56,357 bases of DNA from Candidatus Nomurabacteria bacterium GW2011_GWA2_40_9 (GTDB lineage Bacteria > Patescibacteriota > Minisyncoccia > Phycocordibacterales > UBA9973): positions 1 through 56,357 of the forward strand of contig LBZW01000006.1 in NCBI GenBank assembly GCA_000993955.1. The letters run 5' to 3'. The notes under the pieces are model-generated. The model was not told the DNA's origin. It ran no database searches and saw only the letters and a program-made list of their open reading frames with translations. The position numbers and the translations under genes are program-made. Shown in pieces: positions 41,519 through 50,629 of the stretch; the first letter of the stretch is position 1, and each line of letters starts with the position of its first letter.

Positions 41519-42303
41519 ATATCTGTTTTTTCATCAATCTTAAACCTTCTAAATGATCATGCAATGCTGCTTTATTGCATTGTTTTTTAAACTTTGCATT
41601 ACTCAACCACGACTTTTGTGGACGCACAACTGTGCCTTTTAAAGAATCTTTTAATTCTTGCACTAAAGAAGAATCTAATTCTAATATTTTAGAAGCACCT
41701 AACGCCCACTGGAATCGATTAATAAAATCATTGATTAAGGAAGTTACTGATGAAACAGGGATACAGATTCATGATATAGTTTGGCGTAAGTGTTTTTGGA
41801 TCCCACCCATACACATTGGTGGTTCGTACAATTAAGAACTTTTTAAGATGTTCTTGTATCCAGTATTCTGATTGAAGTTTTAATTTTCCATATATATTTA
41901 AAGGATTAGGCACATCATTTTCCTGATAAGGCCCTTTGGTGCCATCAAAAATATAATCTGTGGAAAAATAAACTAAAGTCGCGCCTATTTCTTTACAATA
42001 AGACCCAATTTTTTGAGTTGCTTCTAAATGAAATTTTTTGGCAATTTCTGGATGTTCTTCACAAAAATCAACTCCCCCAGAAAGATTTGCACAATGAAAA
42101 ACAACATCTGGGCTGAAATGAGAAAATATAGATTCTAAATCATCATCAAGAATATTTAATTTTAAAAAATCCGAGCAAGTTCGATTGTGACATGTCCCCT
42201 TCCATAACACACTTTTATGTGTCAGCAACCTTCCCATATAATTGCCGATCAATCCATTGGCGCCAATAACAAGCCCCTGTATATTTTGTTTATTGCCTGA
42301 CAT
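41505..42303 (-). pseudogene. RmlD-like NDP-4-keto-sugar reductase with a deletion-frameshift at about 41732-41760
   Basis: GANGLIG, STDYIFDG, YGKLK, RTTNVYG; the C-terminal NDFINRFQWA..VRPQKSWLSNAK..* is in another frame (stop at 41505). Confidence 0.8.
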
Positions 42304-43378
42304 AGGATTGTCGAATATGTCTCATATTTTCCTCTATATAATGTAAAGAATAAGTATATATATTTTTCTTAAATACTTTTATGCGATAGAGAGGTTCTAC
42401 TAAATTACAAATCTGACTTTTATAGAATTTGTAATGTCCATACCAATTGTAATAATTTTCTCTATCTAACACAGTTTTTTTAATAATTTCTTCTATTAAT
42501 AAATAGCCCGGCCTTAGAGAATGGAATTCATCATTAAAAGCCGTTAATACACAATTTAACCCTTTCCCAAAACGATAACCAAAGTTAATAGCAGCGGTTT
42601 TACCTCCAACAAATAACACATGCGTAGTTAACCTACCATTCTGACTCATTAGAACTAAAAAATTCTTAAAAAATTGAGCATATGAAGCATCATTGAAATT
42701 ACTACGTTCTTTTCTAGCTTCAAATGATTGGCGTGAAAAGTTAACATATAAATCAAAGTACTTTTTGACTTCTTCTGTATCATTCACCTCTTTAAGTGTT
42801 AATCCTCCATAGAACTCCATAGCTTGTCGTCTTTTTTGTTTTAAATCTTTTTTTAATTTTTTAGATAACTGTGCTTGATATTTTTCTAACCCTTGAGACA
42901 AATCTATTGCCCAATTGAGATGATCTTGAATCAATTTAACAGATATTTTAGAATCTAAAAGTCTTGGATTAAATTCTTGCACAAGATTACTTTGACCACG
43001 AACATTAAAAAGATGAAGCAAATCCCAATCATTTTCACTTTTCAAAGCATTCAAAAAAATATTCCAAAAATTTTTGGATAAAGGAAAAAGAGGCTCTGTA
43101 TAATTTGCTGTCCCATCACCTATGTAATATAACGTTTTAAGAAATCCTCTTTTCCATCCTTCTTTTCGAAGATATAAAGGAATTCCTCCCATAAGTTTAC
43201 CGTCCTCATAAATAACTAAAATTCTTAAATGATTTCCAGAATGATAATATTTCCACCACGTTAAAATAAAGTCAGACAGTAAAAAAGGATTATCACTGTT
43301 AGAATCCAGAAGAACCTGATCCCAATTTTGAGAAATATTTTGAAAATCTCTAATATTTTCTATCCAACGATAGTCCAT
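42290..43378 (-). CDS. GNAT-family acyltransferase (CelD/BcsL-like)
   Basis: PFL..F..TWW, LSKKLKK, LRPGYLL, FYKS. Confidence 0.8.
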   Translation of the reverse strand: MDYRWIENIRDFQNISQNWDQVLLDSNSDNPFLLSDFILTWWKYYHSGNHLRILVIYEDGKLMGGIPLYLRKEGWKRGFLKTLYYIGDGTANYTEPLFPLSKNFWNIFLNALKSENDWDLLHLFNVRGQSNLVQEFNPRLLDSKISVKLIQDHLNWAIDLSQGLEKYQAQLSKKLKKDLKQKRRQAMEFYGGLTLKEVNDTEEVKKYFDLYVNFSRQSFEARKERSNFNDASYAQFFKNFLVLMSQNGRLTTHVLFVGGKTAAINFGYRFGKGLNCVLTAFNDEFHSLRPGYLLIEEIIKKTVLDRENYYNWYGHYKFYKSQICNLVEPLYRIKVFKKNIYTYSLHYIEENMRHIRQSYVRQ

Positions 43379-43382
43379 TTTA

Positions 43383-43850
43383 TTATTTGTCTATTTGATT
43401 TCCAGGTTGATCCCAAGAATAAGGGACTGTATTGGAGTGGGGATCATGATGAATCATTTCCGTAGGATTGTGAGGAAGCGTTGCACAATTAGCCACAATG
43501 GCTGTTTTTAATCCGATGGCCCTATATCCATTAATAATGCCTGGAGGGATTCGAACAAGCTCATAATTATTTTCTCCAATAAAAAGCTCCATAAGCTCCT
43601 TATAAGTCTTTGATATTTTACGATTATCATAAAGAATAAGCTTAATCATCCCCTCAATTACCGCATAAAACTGGGTCTGTTTTGTATGTTCATGCCACCC
43701 TTTAATAATTCCCGGATAAGCAGTTGAAAAATAAATTTCTCCAAATTTTTCAAAATGAGGGTCATCAGACCTCAACATATGCATAATCATCCCCCTTTCA
43801 TCACATATTTTTTTGAGAGGGTGTATTAAAACACCTTCGATCATAGCCAA
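43383..43850 (-). CDS. RmlC-like cupin sugar epimerase
   Basis: DERG, FGEIYFS, KGWHEH, LYDNR, IPPGI. Confidence 0.88.
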   Translation of the reverse strand: MAMIEGVLIHPLKKICDERGMIMHMLRSDDPHFEKFGEIYFSTAYPGIIKGWHEHTKQTQFYAVIEGMIKLILYDNRKISKTYKELMELFIGENNYELVRIPPGIINGYRAIGLKTAIVANCATLPHNPTEMIHHDPHSNTVPYSWDQPGNQIDK

Positions 43851-44863
43851 AAAAGCTCCTGATTCATTCTTTTTTCTTTCAAGTGAGATTGAATTGCCCC
43901 AATTCTAAAATACTTACCGGATGTAAAATCATGAAGTGTAAGATCATTTTCTTTAAATGTATTCAAAAGCTCTAAAATTCCCTCTTTTAAATTCCATTTC
44001 GATTTAAAACCAATATTTTCTTTTATTTTTGAAAAATCTACCCGATACGTTCTTTCATCAGATTGCATTTTATTTAAAATTTCAACTTTTGTATGTGGCA
44101 TTATGTTTTGGATTTGAAGTGCCAAATCTCTAATTTGATAGTTATCCTCATTTGATCCAACATTAAATATTTCTGCATAAATTTTTTCCTGAGGCGCTTC
44201 AAGTACTATCATAAATGCCTGGCAAAAATCTTCAATATGAATCAAAGGTCTCCAGGGAGACCCATCACTCATAACAGCTATTTTTCCTGTTAAATAAGCA
44301 CTCGCAGCCAGATTATTCACCACTAAATCCAATCGCAACTTCGGTGAAGACCCATAAACGGTTGCATTACGCATAATGACAGGATGGAAATGATCATCGG
44401 CTAACGCTTTGAGTTGCCTCTCTGCATTGACTTTCGCTTTAGCATAGCTTGTTTGCGGGTTTAAATGTCCCTCCTCTGAAATAGGCAAGTCATTTGTAGC
44501 AACTCCATAAATACTACAGGAAGATGCAAATATAAATCGCCCAATCCTTCTCTTCTTACAAAGACTAGCTAATTTAATGGCCGCATCCGTATTAATCTGC
44601 TCAGTTAAATACGGATTTACTTCACCCAAAGGATCATTAGAAAGAGCTGCCAAATGAATAACTCCTTTGACCCCATCAAGATCTTCTGAAGTTACATTTC
44701 TAATATCTTTTATAATCTGTTTATTAGGATTCGCGTCATCGATATAAAAGTGATTGTCGCGATACCAATCACTATCCAACCCCATGACTTCATAAGATGC
44801 CGTTTTAAGCATCTTTGTCATGACAGTTCCAATATATCCTCGATTCCCTGTAACTAATATCAT
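43841..44863 (-). CDS. NAD-dependent nucleotide-sugar epimerase/dehydratase
   Basis: VTGNRGYIG, HLAALSNDP, SSCSIYG, YAKAK, RLDLVVN, DGSPWRP; ATG at 44863. Confidence 0.9.
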   Translation of the reverse strand: MILVTGNRGYIGTVMTKMLKTASYEVMGLDSDWYRDNHFYIDDANPNKQIIKDIRNVTSEDLDGVKGVIHLAALSNDPLGEVNPYLTEQINTDAAIKLASLCKKRRIGRFIFASSCSIYGVATNDLPISEEGHLNPQTSYAKAKVNAERQLKALADDHFHPVIMRNATVYGSSPKLRLDLVVNNLAASAYLTGKIAVMSDGSPWRPLIHIEDFCQAFMIVLEAPQEKIYAEIFNVGSNEDNYQIRDLALQIQNIMPHTKVEILNKMQSDERTYRVDFSKIKENIGFKSKWNLKEGILELLNTFKENDLTLHDFTSGKYFRIGAIQSHLKEKRMNQELFWL

Positions 44864-45585
44864 TCCCAAATTTTCCAAGGTGGACAATCTGATTGCCACA
44901 ATTTATTTAAATATTCCATATCTCGAACATTATCCATGCATTGCCAATATCCTTCATGTTTATAAGACAAAAGTTCACGATCATGAGATAATGTTTGAAG
45001 AGCACCAAACTCTAAATCACAATTTTCATCTTGAGTTAAACAATCTAAAAAACTCCTATTAAATACAAAAAAACCACCATTAATATATCCCGTTGTTAAT
45101 TGTGGTTTTTCTTCAAATTGGATAACAACATTATCCTTGATCATCATTTCTCCAAATCGAGAAGAAGGATGAACGGCAGTTACTGTCCCAATTTTTCCAT
45201 GTTTCAAATGAAATGTTTGTAAAGCATCGAGATCAACAGTACTCAAGCCATCACCATAGGTTAAATGAAAAAAATTACTTTGAATATAGGGTTCTACTCT
45301 TTTAATTCTCCCTCCTTTTAATGTATTTAACCCTGTATCTACACACACCACTTCCCAATCACTTTCATTAAAGTCGTATTGCTTTATGATATCTGCTTTA
45401 TACCCTAAGGCTAAAATAAATCTTTTAAAACCGAAACAAGAATAATATTTCATGACGTGCCATAAAAGAGGCTTCTCTCCTATTTCAACCATGGGCTTGG
45501 GTTTACTTTCAGTCTCCTCTTTTAAACGAGTCCCTTTGCCTCCACAGAGAATGACCACATCACTATTTTTTTTATCATTCAGCAT
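44860..45585 (-). CDS. rfbF: Glucose-1-phosphate cytidylyltransferase
   Basis: ILCGGKGTRL.EET..KPKPM, VDTG...GGR, LTYGDG, INGGFF, H.GYWQCMD. Confidence 0.9.
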   Translation of the reverse strand: MLNDKKNSDVVILCGGKGTRLKEETESKPKPMVEIGEKPLLWHVMKYYSCFGFKRFILALGYKADIIKQYDFNESDWEVVCVDTGLNTLKGGRIKRVEPYIQSNFFHLTYGDGLSTVDLDALQTFHLKHGKIGTVTAVHPSSRFGEMMIKDNVVIQFEEKPQLTTGYINGGFFVFNRSFLDCLTQDENCDLEFGALQTLSHDRELLSYKHEGYWQCMDNVRDMEYLNKLWQSDCPPWKIWE

Positions 45586-45597
45586 TTAACATATTTT

Positions 45598-47400
45598 CTA
45601 ATATAGAATTTTGTAAATCACAAATCGGCTTTTAGGATATCTTTGATATGAATCATTAGAATTCTCAAAAGCTTTTATTAAAACCACCTTGTAATCTGTA
45701 ATGATTTTATTAAGCAAAGGGATCTGTTCATCTCTTACTCCCTCATTGTAATAAACATAAGTTGGCTGAAATTCTTTTATATAAGTTTTCATGTTCTTTA
45801 AAGGATCCGCATAATCTAAAAATTTTACACTTTTATACTCTGAAGCCAAATAAACACGCGTTAAATGATCTGAAACAATTTTTGCTTGATTCGGAATATT
45901 TTCTTGAAACCATTTTTGAATATCAAATACGATATCTTGATCTCGATGAAATTCATACATTCTAGACTTAATAACATGCCATCCATTAAAACCGATACTT
46001 CCTAAAATTAAGATTACAAATAATCCATTTAAAACATAACAATAACTTCTTTTAAGATTAGATGATCTTACTAATAGCTTCATTCCCTGAAAGCTTAAAA
46101 TCGACATCACTACAAAAAATGGAAGCATGTGAAGCCCCACCATTCGACCGCTTGAAAATAATAGAATGAGACATGGAATAAAAAACATAATAAGAACAAG
46201 GCGTTTATATAAAGGAACAGAAAGTCTTTTAGATTTAAACAGAGAAACTATTTCAACAATGAGATAAAGTAGAAATAGAATAAAAATAATAACATCCAAT
46301 TCTCTAACTTTTAAAATAAAATTTTTAACAAATAAAACTAAATTAAACGAATTGTTTTGCAACGCTGAATCATGAGCAAAAAAAATTGATCCATATCCTA
46401 CAAGGGTACTAATAAAATAACTCGGATTTAAAACCCATCTAAAACCAATTACCAGTGTAATTAATATAAATAAGCCCCCTATTAATAAGCCACAACAGCT
46501 TAGCTTAGCTAAATGATTGCGTAACATTTTATATGGGATCATAAAATAAACGAGTAGTGGAGAAAATATAAAACCAATAGCTACTAACATTATATATAAA
46601 GGAATCTTAAGTTTTATAAAACTTGTTATTAAACCATATTCTTCATAAAACGTATGCCCAGTAGAAATACGTTTATAAAAAATAATAGGAGCAAAAGAAA
46701 TAACTAATAATACCACCCCTATGATTATAGGAGTTAACCAAGACAATTGAGCTATGGATTTATATACTTTACCATCTGAAAAATAGAGGGCCACAACAAT
46801 AGCAGGCAATAAAAACAATCCTTCAATCTTAATAAGATAGGCAATAGAAGTAAAAATAATAGCACATAAAATATTTTTCCAAATAGGAGATTGAATAATT
46901 CTTAAAGTATAATTTAACCCTAAAATAATAAAGAAGAGCACTAAGGGTTCAGGTTTGGCATTATTTGTAAAATAAGCAAATGCCGGCCTAACCGCTAAAA
47001 GAAACATAGCAGCCATAGGTTGCCAAAAATCATCAAAGTGATAACGAATTAGACAAAGAAGAGCCCAAAAGGATAAAAGCCACCCAATAAAATGAAGCCA
47101 TCTTAATATTAAAATAAAAGTTCCCGGAGTAATATTTATAAAACATGACAATACATGGCGACTAATATCTGTTAAATAATGGAATTCTAATCCATAATCA
47201 AATGCTCCCTGATAGCTATCCCTAGTTTCACCACTATAATATTTCCAAAGAATATCCATAATGTAAGCTTCATCAGCATTAAAATAAGTAATAAGATTTG
47301 GATCCTTATAATTATTGTTAATGGTAGGAATTACTAATGTGCCACTAAATACATAAACAATGAATAAACATAAAAATAGACCTATTTTTTTGCTATACAT
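45598..47400 (-). CDS. GT-C (ArnT/PMT-like) multi-TM glycosyltransferase
   Basis: More than 10 hydrophobic segments, first-loop NADE motif, KPEP, soluble C-terminal domain. Confidence 0.65.
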   Translation of the reverse strand: MYSKKIGLFLCLFIVYVFSGTLVIPTINNNYKDPNLITYFNADEAYIMDILWKYYSGETRDSYQGAFDYGLEFHYLTDISRHVLSCFINITPGTFILILRWLHFIGWLLSFWALLCLIRYHFDDFWQPMAAMFLLAVRPAFAYFTNNAKPEPLVLFFIILGLNYTLRIIQSPIWKNILCAIIFTSIAYLIKIEGLFLLPAIVVALYFSDGKVYKSIAQLSWLTPIIIGVVLLVISFAPIIFYKRISTGHTFYEEYGLITSFIKLKIPLYIMLVAIGFIFSPLLVYFMIPYKMLRNHLAKLSCCGLLIGGLFILITLVIGFRWVLNPSYFISTLVGYGSIFFAHDSALQNNSFNLVLFVKNFILKVRELDVIIFILFLLYLIVEIVSLFKSKRLSVPLYKRLVLIMFFIPCLILLFSSGRMVGLHMLPFFVVMSILSFQGMKLLVRSSNLKRSYCYVLNGLFVILILGSIGFNGWHVIKSRMYEFHRDQDIVFDIQKWFQENIPNQAKIVSDHLTRVYLASEYKSVKFLDYADPLKNMKTYIKEFQPTYVYYNEGVRDEQIPLLNKIITDYKVVLIKAFENSNDSYQRYPKSRFVIYKILY

Positions 47401-48032
47401 AAAAAGTGGGGATAAGGATACCACCGATCAATTCTTTCTATCCGAATTTCTTTAAACCCAATATGGCTTAATATATTAATCAAATAATTCTCTGTTAGCC
47501 AAAAAAACTTCTGCCCATACGTTATATGCAATACTCTCACAGAAATAAATTCTTGCATGTAATTAAATAAAAATTTCCAATATGGTTCGGTAAGTACATC
47601 TTTAATAAAAAGTCCTCCTCCATCATTTAAACGCTGAAAACAATCTTGAAACAATTTCTTTTGTTCATCTTTAGATAAAAGATAAACTACATCTATTAAA
47701 GTAATACAATCGGTAGATATTTTTTGGTTACCATACTCTTTTAAATCAAGATATTTTATTTTTTTATTTTTTGAAGAACGCGCTAATTTTAATTTTCTAC
47801 CATCAATATCTACGCCCATTAATAGATCAATATTTTTTTGTTTCAATGCTAAAAAATTTAACCACAATCCACTTCCACACCCTACATCTATTAATGTTTT
47901 CATCTTTGGCAAAAAATATAAAATCTTATCGAATGGGCACACCAATAGTCTTACAAAAATATAAAAACGAAGCCATAAACTAGGTGAATTATATCGTTTT
48001 ATTAATTTAATATAAATTTTTAGATTTATCAT
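47382..48032 (-). CDS. Class I SAM-dependent methyltransferase
   Basis: IDVGCGSG, GVDID, LNDGG. Confidence 0.88.
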   Translation of the reverse strand: MINLKIYIKLIKRYNSPSLWLRFYIFVRLLVCPFDKILYFLPKMKTLIDVGCGSGLWLNFLALKQKNIDLLMGVDIDGRKLKLARSSKNKKIKYLDLKEYGNQKISTDCITLIDVVYLLSKDEQKKLFQDCFQRLNDGGGLFIKDVLTEPYWKFLFNYMQEFISVRVLHITYGQKFFWLTENYLINILSHIGFKEIRIERIDRWYPYPHFLCIAKK

Positions 48033-48091
48033 AAAATCAATATTTAGTTTTCAATAATTCTATTTTGACCTGCCCCCAATATTTGTACCAA

Positions 48092-48922
48092 TTACAATAA
48101 ATTTTTTCGACAAATTATAGTCTGAAGAATACCGAACTTTCGAGGCAAAGAAAAAAAGATCCACATGGCGAACAAATAAAAGTTTTTTAGAATCAAATTA
48201 TTTGTTGGCAAATCAACAGCTTTTAATGGGTAATTGTGATTTCTTTGAATTATAATTTCAAAACCCTGATTTTCTAAAAGATTTTTCAGTGAGTGATTTG
48301 AGAAATGGTTCAAATGAGCCGGTTCATATAGACTATAAAAGGGTGTTTTCCAGCCAACGTGTTTAAGTATTTCCGCAATCTTATGAATAATGCTTTTTGT
48401 GTTATCCGTCATGACAATTAATAAACCACCAGGCTTCAAGAGCCGATTTAATTTCTTAGCAAATAGTGTAATATTATCAACGTGTTCAATGGCCGCCAGA
48501 CTACTCACAACATCAAATTGCATATCAATATTATCTTTTAAAAAATCGCCTTTTATAAAATTAATATCAGAATCATAATTTTGACTAAGATCCATCCCAT
48601 ATAATTTAAGATTAGATTTTTTTTCTTTAAGATATTTCAGTAAATCTCCTTTTCCGCATCCAATATCAGCTAATTTGATTTCTTTCTCTTTCCTTGAAAA
48701 GCGCTCAATATTTGTATGAATAAACTCAAATAACCAATAATTGGGATTATTAAACCAATTAGTATGTTTTTTTGTATAATAATCCTCAGAATACTGTAAC
48801 CGCCAATCTCCTGAAACAACATTAAAAGAATGGTCACAATTATTACAATGGTACATTTTTGAAGACTGATCTTTTAATGCAAGATGTGTATTGGTAAGAC
48901 AAATGGTACAAGCAATGTGCAT
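48092..48922 (-). CDS. Class I SAM-dependent methyltransferase with an N-terminal Zn ribbon
   Basis: CTIC..CNNC, DIGCGKG, IEHV, LKPGG, HLNHF. Confidence 0.88.
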   Translation of the reverse strand: MHIACTICLTNTHLALKDQSSKMYHCNNCDHSFNVVSGDWRLQYSEDYYTKKHTNWFNNPNYWLFEFIHTNIERFSRKEKEIKLADIGCGKGDLLKYLKEKKSNLKLYGMDLSQNYDSDINFIKGDFLKDNIDMQFDVVSSLAAIEHVDNITLFAKKLNRLLKPGGLLIVMTDNTKSIIHKIAEILKHVGWKTPFYSLYEPAHLNHFSNHSLKNLLENQGFEIIIQRNHNYPLKAVDLPTNNLILKNFYLFAMWIFFSLPRKFGILQTIICRKNLL

Positions 48923-48928
48923 AAAAAT

Positions 48929-49684
48929 TTAATCTCTAACGCCTTTAATTTCTAAATGATTGATAATAGAAATATTATGTTTTTGAATAAGTGTTTTGAT
49001 ATCAGGATTTAAAAGAATATTATATTCCCTCTCCCAATTACACTTCCAATGATAACGCTTTTCCCATATCCCATATTTTTCTTTAAGTAAAACATTATTC
49101 TTTCCAGGATGAAAATTAATTTCCGAAATTCCCGGCCGAAGTTTTATGATAGTTTTTTTAAAATATTTAAAATCTATGCTGCCGCTGTTAAATGCCCCAT
49201 AAAAATAATCAGGACTTTGCATATTTTTATCTTTCGAAAAAATACTCAATTTTAAAAATCGTTCCATTATCACCTTTGAAAAATTTCCATAAAAATAATC
49301 AGAAAAAGGCACATTTAAAAATCTAACCTTAGTAAGATTGTGTTTTCTTAAAACCTCTTTTACTACCCTAAAAACGGGAGGAAATAAATGAATATGCCGA
49401 TGACTATCTACGTGTGTAGGGATTAAACCAATGAGAGATGGTATTTGGCTTACAGATGCTACAGGATTTTCACCATTTAATGTCAAATGGATTCCAACTC
49501 CTAATTTTTTATTTCTTTTGGCAATAGCAATGGCCTTCTCAAAGCTTTCTCCATTTACAACTAAAGAGGCACTGGTAAGAATACCATTTTGATGAGCATC
49601 TTCTACTGCCTCATTAATGGAATGATGAAGTCCAAAGTCATCAGCATTAACAATGAGCTTTCTAATCCCATTTGTATATTTCAT
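48929..49684 (-). CDS. YdjC/ChbG/HpnK (NaxD-like) deacetylase with an apparent in-frame internal deletion
   Basis: NADDFG, GIHLTL, THVDSHRHIH, FHPG; IPSLI directly abuts GLIPTH. Confidence 0.8.
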   Translation of the reverse strand: MKYTNGIRKLIVNADDFGLHHSINEAVEDAHQNGILTSASLVVNGESFEKAIAIAKRNKKLGVGIHLTLNGENPVASVSQIPSLIGLIPTHVDSHRHIHLFPPVFRVVKEVLRKHNLTKVRFLNVPFSDYFYGNFSKVIMERFLKLSIFSKDKNMQSPDYFYGAFNSGSIDFKYFKKTIIKLRPGISEINFHPGKNNVLLKEKYGIWEKRYHWKCNWEREYNILLNPDIKTLIQKHNISIINHLEIKGVRD

Positions 49685-50628
49685 AGGTTAAATGATTTTT
49701 CTTTAACAATAAAAACGGGCCGCCCTTTGGTCTGATCAAATATTCTACCTACATATTCACCTAAAATTCCAATGGCTATTAATTGCACACTTCCTAAAAA
49801 AAACACTGCTACCACCAACGTTGCCCATCCTGGAGGAAGAAGAATATCACTATTGAGAAAAAATTTTAAGGCCCAGGGATATAAAACATCATATACCATA
49901 TACATAAATGATATCAGAGCAATGGTTACACCCATTAAAGTAACCACATGTAAAGGATATCTTGAAAAAGAAAAAATACCATCTAAGGCCAAAAAAAATA
50001 GACTTTTATATGAATATTTGGCTTTTCCTTTATATCGTGGCTCGACATCAAAATTCAAACCTGTCTGTTTAAAACCAACCCAACTAATTTGACCTCTCAA
50101 AAATTTATGATATTCAGGAATATTCAAGATAATTTTCAATACAGCTTTATCAATTAATCTAAAGTCAGATTGTCCAAACTGAAGCTTCAAACCAGATAGT
50201 TTTGAAATTATCCAATAGGCACACTTAACTATAAAGTTTTTAATAAAAGGTAATTCAGCATTTTTTTTTGTAGTATAAACTACTTCATTACCCTGCTTCC
50301 ATAATTCAATCATTTTAGGAATTAAAACAGGTGGATGCTGCAAATCTGCATCCATTGTAATCACCGCATCTCCAGTACAATAACTCAGTCCTGCAAAAAG
50401 AGCATTTTGATGACCAAAATTTCGAGATAAAGATATATAAATAACACGATTATCCTGCTTTCTTAATGCTTTTATAATAGATAATGAATTATCTAAACTT
50501 CCATCATCTACAAAAATCATCTCATAATCGATGTTAATTGAAATTAAAGCTTCTTTAACCTGATTATATAGAAATTCTAAGTTGCCTTCTTCATTATATA
50601 CTGGGAAAACTATTGAAATCTTTGACAT
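49681..50628 (-). CDS. GtrB/ArnC-type polyprenol-phosphate glycosyltransferase (GT2)
   Basis: PVYNEE, VDDGS, SRNFGHQ, MDADLQHPP, two TM helices, GEYVGRIF.Q.KGRP. Confidence 0.93.
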   Translation of the reverse strand: MSKISIVFPVYNEEGNLEFLYNQVKEALISINIDYEMIFVDDGSLDNSLSIIKALRKQDNRVIYISLSRNFGHQNALFAGLSYCTGDAVITMDADLQHPPVLIPKMIELWKQGNEVVYTTKKNAELPFIKNFIVKCAYWIISKLSGLKLQFGQSDFRLIDKAVLKIILNIPEYHKFLRGQISWVGFKQTGLNFDVEPRYKGKAKYSYKSLFFLALDGIFSFSRYPLHVVTLMGVTIALISFMYMVYDVLYPWALKFFLNSDILLPPGWATLVVAVFFLGSVQLIAIGILGEYVGRIFDQTKGRPVFIVKEKSFNL

Positions 50629-50629
50629 A

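Noticed and set aside
45360..45390. Deletion in rfbF (KQY|DFNESDW)
   Set aside because: The loop is shorter than in typical RfbF, but it varies naturally; not counted as a firm lesion.
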